A DNA stretch of 63,838 bases, counting the filler, from Chrysochromulina tobinii (Eukaryota), in the NCBI GenBank assembly GCA_001275005.1. It is 7 parts of 7 records of this genome, joined end to end, with 100 filler letters (N's around TTAATTAATTAA, not from the genome) between each part and the next. Parts side by side here need not be neighbours in the genome. Positions count along the whole stretch, not along the records: positions 1 to 13,658 come from JWZX01001109.1; 6 more parts are not named here. The stretch is one strand, 5' to 3'. The notes under the pieces were generated by a model. It was not told the DNA's origin and did no database searches. It saw only the letters and a program-made list of their open reading frames with translations. Made by a program: the position numbers and the translations under genes. Of this stretch, positions 1 through 10,100 are shown one piece after another (position 1 is the stretch's first letter; each line of letters starts with the position of its first letter).

Positions 1-651
1 GCTCTGCTCGACGCGACCCACACGGTGTGCAAGCTCGCCGACTTTGGTTTGGCGAGCCTCAGCCTGAGCTACGCGCGGGATCGAAACATGGAGTGCAAGG
101 CCACAGTGGGGGGCACACTGCGTTATCTCGCGCCCGAGAGGGTGGCGAAGATGTCGCGACGTCAGGCGCACGAGAGCCGCGATCGTGGCGAAGGAAGTGG
201 TGGCAGCAGCGACAGCCTCGGCCTGGGCCGCACGCTCGTCAACTTCGAGGACCGTGCGGATGTCTACGCCTTTGCACACTTGCTCTGGGAGCTTACGCAT
301 CAACGCCGCGCTTTTGAGGGGATGACAGGGTTAGACGCCTGCCTCAGCGCCTGTCGGGGGGATCGGCCAATGATCGCGCTGCCCCCCAATTACGTAGCCC
401 TCATCAGTGAGTGTTGGGCGCAGCGCCCAGAGGACCGCCCGAGCATGAGCACCGTGCTCGAGAGGCTCGAAGCGTGCATGCAAGCCCTCTCGGCGACCCA
501 AAGTGTGGCATCGACGGAGCCCTCACTTTCAGGTGGAACCTCCGCATACAACTTTGACACCGTAACCATGGCGAATTCGACAACGGCCAATTTCGCTTGC
601 GACGGCTGTTTGAGTTACGTAACCGCTGACGGCGAGCATGCCGATAGCTAA
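1..651 (+). CDS. Protein kinase (TKL-like), C-terminal part; 5' truncated by the window edge
   Basis: Frame is open from base 1. Kinase subdomains VII-XI: CKLADFG, GGTLRYLAPE, ADVYAFAHLLWEL, CWAQRPEDRPSM. Confidence 0.9.
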   Translation, partial: ALLDATHTVCKLADFGLASLSLSYARDRNMECKATVGGTLRYLAPERVAKMSRRQAHESRDRGEGSGGSSDSLGLGRTLVNFEDRADVYAFAHLLWELTHQRRAFEGMTGLDACLSACRGDRPMIALPPNYVALISECWAQRPEDRPSMSTVLERLEACMQALSATQSVASTEPSLSGGTSAYNFDTVTMANSTTANFACDGCLSYVTADGEHADS

Positions 652-1163
652 GCCCTCTACGTGCAAGAGGCATGTGTGCGGCGTGGGACGTGTGGCGTGC
701 ATGCGTGGAGCAGTGGAGTGGATGCCACCTGGTGCGATGGCAAAGTAGACGAAGTGCGGCATTTGAGAGCGAGCGCGTGCGGTGCGACACAACCGGAGTT
801 CTCGAAACTGTTTGATGCGCATCCCGATTTAATTCCAACGGGAGGCACGGACTGGGTGCATACACCTCAATGATACACCTTCCATACACCTCGTTCTTGG
901 GAGGTTCTCGAACGATGGTGACTCTCAGGTCTAGCTCTCAAAGTCGAGAGCGGAGTGTGGTCCCACCCACCCACCGCGATATAAGCCTGGACTAGCTTTA
1001 GCAGGGACCGGGTTGTCGCGCTCACCAGGCTGCTTGGGGAGCTTTGAAGAACAGCAATTCAAGTCAAACACGCGACCAAGTTCACTTCTCGAGTGACGCG
1101 CTTGCTTTCTTCGCGAGACACGCGAAGCGTCGCCGCGGCGCGCGCGCAGCCCACGAGCACATC

Positions 1164-4100
1164 ATGACGGATGCCGCGCTACTCGAGCGCCTCAATGCAG
1201 CCGAGTACGCCGCCTGCCCTGCCGTCGCCCTACGCCTTACATCCTCAACTGAATGGATGCACCACATCGTGCAACGCAGGCTTCGCATCGGCATGTGCGA
1301 GGACGACAAGCTCGGTAAGCTGCTCGACCCCGCGCTGATCAACATCCTCAATTTCCTCGGATCGCAGAGCGCAACCGTCAAAACCAAGGCCATGGGCATC
1401 CTGTCTCACCTCAACAAACGTGCGCCGGCCGTCGCACGAGTTCCTGTTCACCTTCACGCCGCTCCTCTGCCCCCACTCTCAATAGCTCACTCGTTTGTGC
1501 TCTCTCAGGCCTGAAGGCGAACGTGGCCGTGCCGCTGCCTCTTCCCGGGCTGATCCGCACCTTCACGGCTCCCACAGCCGTGCCCATGGTCTCCAACTTT
1601 GCGCTCGTCTACATCGAGATGGGCCTGCCTCGCGTCAGCGCCGCCGAGCGCGCGGCGCTCGTGCCGGCGCTGCTCGTGGGCGTGGGCCAACGGCCAGCCG
1701 CTCAGCAGGTGCGAAGGCCTGATGACCTCTGATGGCCTCTGATGGCCTCTGTTGACCTATGATGATCTCCGTTTACCTCAGTTGACCTCTGATGACCTCT
1801 TATGGGCCGGTGGCAGGATTCCCTTCTCGTGATGACCTCTGATTGCATGCGCTGATGACCTCTGGTTGCCTCTGAGTGGTGGTCCGGTGGCAGGATTCCC
1901 TTCTCGTGATGACCTCTGATTGCATGCGCTGATGACCTCTGATTGCCTCTGAGTGGTGGTCCGGTGGCAGGATTCCCTTCTCGTTATGACCTCTGATTGC
2001 ATGCGCTGATGACCTCTGGTTGCCTCTGAGTGGTGGTCCGGTGGCAGGATTCCCTTCTCGCACTGCTGCTAGCCGCTCTGCCGGCGCTGCCGCTGCCCAA
2101 GTCACGCGCCGAGCTGGGCGCTGCGGCCGCGATCCTCGAGCCCTCAGCCACTACCTCCGGAGGCAACACGACTGCAGGTGCTCACCACGGCGCCTCGCCC
2201 TTCCCCACAGCCCCCGGAGGCGACACGACGGCAGCAGCCTCATCCCCTGGAAGATCACCCCAGAGGCCTGCAGCAGCGGCGGCGGCAGCGACGGCGACGA
2301 CAGCGGCGGGCGGCGGCGCTGATGGCGAGCCCAATGTGCGGGCGGCGGGAGCAGGCGCCCACCACGGCGCTGAGGCGTCGCCCATGGTCATTGAAGGATC
2401 TCCTCTGCTGCCCTTTCTAGTGGATGCGGCGGATCGCAAGATTGTCCTAGAGTGGCTGCTCGACCTGCTCCTCTACCTGCCCCCACTCGCCTCGGCGCCT
2501 CATGTAAGTGTCGTGAATCGCCTCTGATTGCTGGCTGATCGACCTGCTCCTCTACCTGTCAACATTTCGCCTCATGTACCGCCGGGGGGCTCTCCCGTGC
2601 CCCAACCGCCCCAATCGCGTGCATGCAAGTGCTCATCACGGCGCGTCCCCCCCTTATCGTTCCCCACAGGAACCGCCCGCGGGGCTCTCCCGAGCCGCCG
2701 CCAAACGTGTGTGTGGCAAGTTGGCGGACCATGAAGTGCGCGGCGAGCACCTTGATTGCGCCTGATTGCGCTGGATGATGTCCATATTTGGCAGGTGGGG
2801 GTGTGTGGCAAGTTGGCGGACCATGAAGCGCGCGGCGGCTCCGCCATGCGAGTGCTCCAGCATGCAAGCGCTCACCACGGCGCCTTCGCCCTTCCCCACA
2901 GGTGCGCGGCGAGCTGCTTGCGGCCAAGAAGCGCGCGGCCCTGCGCCTACTCGACGCGAGCACCGATGACGGCGCCATCCTCTTCGGGCCCGCGGAGAGC
3001 ATGGCTCACTGGGTCGTGGCGGCGTGCGACGGCGACAGCGGCGTCGAGCGGATTGCGGATGGGGCGCTCCGGAAGCGGCAGGTAGCCAATTTGGATGGCC
3101 CTCGAACCTAATATGGACCTGCCCCTCGCATGCAAGTGCTCATCACGGCGCGCCCCCCTTATCGCTCCCGGCAGGAAGCGAATTTGGATGAGCCCAGCCT
3201 CATCGACAGCCTTCTTTCGCTTGTGCTCGGAGCCCAGCCCACACGCTCGAGTGCGCAGCCCTGATGGCCTCTGATTGCCTTTGATTGCCTTTGATTGCCT
3301 CGGATTGCCTTTGATTGCATTGGAGCCCAGCCCACACGCTCGAGTGCGCAGCCTGCAGCCGCCTCTCGACCCTGTTCACGTGAACGTGCTCACCACGGCG
3401 CCCCACCCTTCCCCACAGCCGCCTCTGAGAGCGACCCTGTTCACGGACGCACAGCAGCTTCGACCGCTGTACGACTTCGCGCGATCGGGCTCCTCTGCCG
3501 CTCCGTCGGCGCCGCGAACCGCTTCCCGGGCACCATCCAGGTGCGATGGGCCGCTGAAGGCCGCTGATTGCCTCTGATTGCATCCCTCATCTGGGCACCA
3601 TCCAGGTGCGATGGGCCGCTGAGGGCCTCTCCCCCGATGGCCATGAATGCCCTTCCCGCAATGGCCACTAATTGCTTGTCATGATGGCCACTAATTGCTT
3701 GTCATGATGGCCACTAATTGCTTGTCATGATGGCCACTAATTGCTTCTCAAGATGGCCACTTATTGCTTCTCAAGATGGCCACTTATTGCTTCTCAAGAT
3801 GGCCACTTATTGCTTCTCAAGATGGCCACTTATTGCCTACAATGGCCCATCGCGCGGTCGTGTCGGATCACGCCATGATTGCCTGCTGACTGCGACGGCT
3901 CCTCGCCAGGCGATCTTCCACTAATTGACACTAATTGACACTAATTGACACTAATTGACTGCTCCTCGTCAGGCGATCTTCCACAGCGTCTTTGGATCGG
4001 AGACGACACCCAAGCTACAGCTTGCGGGGTTACAACTGGGCTATTGGACTGTACAGCACTGCTCGACGCCGCTGCTCGTGGCGGCAGGCGCTCACCTTCT

Positions 4101-7100
4101 CGCCGGCATGCTCAAGGCATGCGCCTCGATTACGACTTAATTGGCCCCTTGATTGCGCCTTAATTGGCCCCTTGATTGATACGGATGAGCGCCGATGAGC
4201 CCTGATGAGCTCTGATGAGCCCTGATGAGACCTGATCGTCCTTGATGGTTCCTGACTATCCTTGAATGTCCTTGATTTTCATTGATGTCCTTGAATGTCC
4301 CTGATTTTCATTGATGGCAGGTGCTCCGAGGCGAGGCCACCGGCGCCTTGCGTACAGCATGCAAGTGCTCACCACGGCGCCTCGCCCTTCCCCACAGGTG
4401 CTCCGAGGCGAGGCCACCGGCGCCTTGCGTACAGATGATCCCCAATCGGCGATGATGAGAGGGCTCGCCTACGGGACACTGACGAAACTCTGCCAACGGA
4501 CGCCGCAGCATGTCCAATCTGATACGAAGCTGCCGACAGAGCTGTTCACAGGTGGGTTTCGTTCTTCGCCTCTGATGGCTTCTGAGAGCCACTGAGTGCC
4601 CTCTGAGTGCCACTGAGTGCCTCTGATTGCTTCTGAGTGCCTCTGAGTGCCTCTGAGTGTCACTGATGGTCTCTCTGACGGAGATTTTCACACCGACGGA
4701 GCTGTTCACAGCGCTCGAGACCGAACAGATGGCCGCACGCGCGCCGTTGCAGGAAGCCCTCGCTGCACTCGCCTCCGTCCATGCGCGCCGCATCGGCGCT
4801 CCGCCGCCGCCACCCGCCATGCTCGCGACGCTCCGATCGCTCCTGCTGCGCTCGGCGGCATCCACTTCGTCGCACGCTCGCTATTCCTCCATGGTGTGGA
4901 TCGCTGATGGCCGCTGATTGCCACTGATGGCGATGGATTGCCACTGAGTGCCACTGAGTGCGCCCGTCATCAGGTGTGGATCGCCTCGGCTTTCGCTGAT
5001 TGCCACTAATTGCCACTGATGGCGATGGATTGCCACTGAGTGCCACTGATTGCGCCCATCATCAGGTGTGGATCGCCTCGGCTTTCGATCCATCGGACTT
5101 GCCACTGATTGCCACTGATTGCCACTGATTGCGCCCATCATCAGGTGTGGATCGCCTCGGCTTTCGATCCATCGGACTTGCCACTGATTGCCACTGATTG
5201 CCACTGATTGCGCCCATCATCAGGTGTGGATCGCCTCGGCTTTCGATCCATCGGACTTGCCCACGCGCTACGCATGCCTCCTCGCCATCGCCGACCCTCG
5301 AGTTGAAGTCGCCGAGGCCGCGGCAAGGGCGCTGCGCCCGCGCGCCGTCGTGGGCACCGCCGTGGTCTCCGGCTCGTCATCGGCCACCAATGCGGACGGC
5401 GCCTCGGGCGCCCGGGACGGCGCCTCGGGCGCCTCCACCGTCGCCTCCACCGCCATCTCCCGAGCGGCGGCGGCGGCGGCTGCGGTGCCCTCCGAGCCCG
5501 CGCTCGCTTTCGGCACTCGGATCAGCCACGTGGATGCGCATCGGGTGGGCCGGCTGGGTAGCATAGCGGCTGTTCACATGGATGACGGTGTGAACCGCGG
5601 CGCTTACTACACCGTGGTACTCGAAGATGGCACCGAGCGCTCTGTTGAGCGCTCCTCACTACGCCTACTCTCGTGAGCGACATGCGACTTGGCGCCCTCG
5701 GATTGCCCTCTGATTGCACTCTGATTTCCCTCTGATTTCCCTCTGATTGCACTCTGATTTCCCTCTGATTTCCCTCTGATTGCACTCTGATTGCACTCTG
5801 ATTGCACTCTGATTGCACTCTGATTGCCCTCGCATTGCCCTATGATTGCACTATGATTGCACTATGATTGCACTATGATTGCATTCGGATTGCACTATGA
5901 TTGACCTATGATTGCACTCTGATTGCCCTCTGACTGTACTCTGATTGCACTCTGATTGCGTGATGATCGCCTCTGAGTGCCTCTGATGGTCGTATGGTGG
6001 CGTCCTTCATCAGGTGCGAGACGACCGCCTTTGCGCCCCTCGCTTGCCTCCTCCATCGGCATGCGGCCTTGCAGCCGCCCCCCCCTCGCTTGCCGGCGCT
6101 GGCGGCAGCAGCGGACAGCGTCGTGGCGGGCGGTACGCTGGGCGTGGACAGCGTCGCTGCGGCAGCGGTGCGAGCAGCGGAGCCGCTGATGACCTCTGAT
6201 GACCTCTGATGACCTCTGATGACCTCTGATGACCTCTGATGACCTCTGATGACCTCTGATGGCCTCTGATGACTTCTGATGACTTCTGATGACCTCTGAT
6301 GACCTCTGATGACCTCTGATGACCTCTGATGACCTCTGGTTGAAGCTAATTGAAGCTGATCGCCGCTGATTGCAGGTGCAATCAGCAGAGGTGCTCCTGT
6401 CGCAGGCGGAGGTGGCTCAGTTGCCCCTCGATGCGCTGCCTGATGCCATCACACTCCTCCTTACGTGTGCCAAGTCAGAGGCCCTTGCCCTCGCCGCCCA
6501 CCGCTCCGCCGCCGCCGCCGCCGCAGCAGCAGCAGCCGCCGCAGCCGCCGCCGCCGCCGATGCCACGCCGACGATGGGAGCGGGCGCCGTTCCGAGCGAT
6601 GCCACGTCGACGATGGGAGCGGGCGCCGTGCCGGGCGCGCCCGCGGAGGGGTCCGCGGAGGAGGCCGCGCATGCAATCATCGCCCTCGGTGACTTCCTCT
6701 CCGAGGAGCTCACTGGCGCCGTGCCGAGCGGCGCCGTCTTGGGCACCTTCGCGGTGCTGGCGCTGCAGCCGTTGGCTCGGCGGCCCGCGAGAGGTGTGAA
6801 TGAGTTCATCAGCCTGCTGCTCGGGTGCTTGATGACGAACGGGGCGACGGCGGAGCTGCTTCATCGGAGCAGCGCCGCCCTTTTGGAGCTGCTCGAGGTG
6901 AATTGCTTGCTGATTGCATGCTGATTGCGCGCTGATTGCGCTCTGATTGCGCTCTGATTGCGCTCTGATTGCGCCTCTGGAGCTCGCAGGCGAGCCCTGG
7001 GCCAGTTGCATGCTGCCTTCGCGTCCATCTCCCGTCTCTCAAGACGCTCATGCTCTCGCGATCCGCGGCGGAAGAGGCCACACAGCTGATCCTTTGCCGA

Positions 7101-10100
7101 ATCCTCGCGTTCGTCACCTGCGCGGCGGGCGCTGCCCCGGGCGCTGCCACGGGCGATAGCGGCGATATTGGCGCCGTGGCGGGCGCAGCAGCTGAGGCGA
7201 TGCTCAAAGATTTACTTGCGCTGCTTCCGTCGGCCGACCTAACGGGATGCGTCGGTAAATGAGCAACCTCTGATGACCTCTGATGACCTCTGATGACCTC
7301 TGATGACCTCTGATGATCGGTGATGCGTTCAGCATACGAGTGCTCATCACGGCGCCGAGTCCCCACAGGTACGAATGAGCAACGGAGGGTGATCGGTGCG
7401 GCGCTCGGGCTGGGGTACGTGGCGGCCGCGGCCATCCGTCCATCTTCTCTTCTCCCCGCAGCTGGTGAGTGTCGTTAATTGCCTCTGATTGCCATTGATT
7501 GCCTTTGATTGCCATCCGACCATTCGCTCTTCTCTCCCCGCAGCCGCCGCCGCCGCGGCTACGCTGCCCACTGCCACTGCGTTCATTCCGGCGACGGTCG
7601 GCTCGACGACGGTCGGCTCCACGTCGCTCGGTTCGTCAACGGTCGGTTCGTCAACGGTCGGTTCGTCAACGGTCGGTTCGTCAACGGTCGGTTCGTCAAC
7701 GGTCGGTTCGTCAACGGTCGGTTCGTCAACGGCGACGGTCGGCTCCACGTCGCTCGCCCCTCCACTGCTGACGCAAGCGGCGCTGCGGCTCGCCAACTTG
7801 GTGCGTCACGAGCGCTGGCCGGTGGTGCGCTCAGCATGCAAGTGCTCACCACGGCGCCCCCGTCTCCCCACAGGTGCGTCACGAGCGCTGGCCGGTGGCG
7901 ATGGCGGCGGCGACGGCGCTGGGCAAGTTCGGGTCGGCCGCTCCGTTGCCCCTCCCCGACGGCGTTGTACTGAGCGCCGTCGAGGAGACGGCGGGCGATG
8001 GCAAGGGGGATGCGGGTAAGGGGGATGCGGGTACGGGGGATGCGGGTACGGGGGATGCGGTTACGGGGGATGCGGGTACGGGGGATGCGGGTAAGAAGGC
8101 TGATGGCACTGCGGATGGTGCGCAGCCGATGGACGGAATTGTGTCGACTGCTCACGACAGCGCGAATGCGCACGGCAGCGCGAATGCTCATCAACATGCG
8201 CCAGAGGCATCAAGCGCCGCTTCCACAACGACCGCCGCCCCCTCCGCCTCGGTTTCGTCAGATGCTTCCACAACGACCGCCGCCCCCACCGCCTCGGTTT
8301 CGTCAGAGGCATCCAAACCGCCCCCGCCCGTGCGTAAGCAACCGGAGCCCCCTTCCACTAAGGTAGAGGCGCCATTGATTGCTTGCTTCATCTACTCGGC
8401 GAGCCCACCCGCTGATGGCCACTGATTGCCCCTGGTTGCAGGTGGGTGCCGTCTATTGCATGCTTCATCTACTTGGCGAGCCTAAGGCGCGGAGCGCCGT
8501 GGTGAGCTCGCTCGGCCTGATTGCAACTGACTGCCCCTGATGGCATGCTTCATCTACTTGGCGAGCGGCTGCCGCTGCTCTCCGGCGAGCCTCTGATTGA
8601 CACTGATTGCCTCTGATTGCCTCTGATTGCCTCTGATTGCAGGTGAGTGCGCTAGGCCAGCTGCTCTCCGGCGAGCCTCTGATTGCCTTTGATTGACACT
8701 GATTGCCTCTGATTGCAGGTGAGTGCGCTAGGCCAGCTGCTCTCCGGCGAGCCGCATGGCCCCTTCCGCAACCTCATCCTTCAATACCTGTTCGGGCTCG
8801 CTCCAATCAAGGAGATCGATCTTCATTTGAGCGTCGGGGAAGCCCTCGCCCTCGTGGGCGCGACTGTCCCACCTGCCGCCAGCGCCAGCGCCTCCCCTGC
8901 CTCCACGCTGCCTTCCTTGCCTCCTGTGGTGCCTCCGCGCAAGGCCGGTGTCGACACCGGGGTCTCCTCCGGAACCGCTGCCGCCAAGGCGGCCAGGGCG
9001 GCTGCAGAGGCGACGGCAGAGGCCAATGATGGCGGTCGGTTGATGCCCTACATCCTTCGTAAGGTGCTCGATGAGTATCTGGTGGCCTGGGCGCCCCTCG
9101 TCCGCCAAGCTGCCGCCGCATGGCTCTACTCGGTGCTCCAATACAAGGGTGAGTGCATGCTGATGGCCACTGATGGCCACTGATGGCCAAGCTGAGTACC
9201 GCTGAGTGCACGCTGATTGAACGCTGAGTGCATGGCGGAGTGCACTTTTAGTGCATGTGGATTGCAATGAACGTGACTCTCCTGTGCAATGAACGTGACT
9301 CTCCTGTGCAATGAACGTGACTCTCCTGTGCAATAAACATGACTCTCCTGTGCAAAGGTGACGACCCGGCGGTGCGTGCGGTGGCGCCGGACGTGCAACG
9401 TGGCCTCGTCTCGCTCCTAGCTGATGCAAACGAGGGCACGCAGGAGCTTGCTGGCAAGGCCCTCTCGATGCTCTTCGACAAGTGCGATGAGGAGACGCAG
9501 GACAAGATCGTCAAGGAGCTCGTGAGCTCCCTGATTGCGACTGATTAAGATCGTCAAGGAGCTCGTGAGCTCCCTGATTGCGATCGACTGTTCGTGAGTG
9601 TGCCCGAGTGCATGCCTCCTAATGAGATGCAAGACGAGATCGTCTCGAGCTCGGGAGCTCTCACTGATTGCCTCCTAATGAGATGCAGGACGAGATCGTC
9701 TCGAGCTCGGGAGCTCTCACTGATGCATGCTGACTGTCGTTGATTGCGACTGATTGCGCCTGAGCTCGCAGGTGAGCTCCCTCGCCTCCACTCGCACTGC
9801 GTCGTTGATTGCGACTGATTGCGACTGATTGCGACTGATTGCGACTGAGCTCGCAGGTGAGCTCCCTCGCCTCCACTCGCACTGCGTCGTTGATTGCGAC
9901 TGATTGCGACTGATTGCGACTGATTGCGCCTGAGCTCGCAGGTGAGCTCCCTCGCCTCCACTCGCACTGCGTCGGCCGCGGCGAGCGGAGGCGAGATGGC
10001 GACCTTCCAGGAACTGTCCGAGATTGCGAACAATGCGGGCCAGCCCGAGCTGGTCTACAAGCTGATGGAGCTCTCGACCGCGTCGGCGGTGAGTTTCGTT

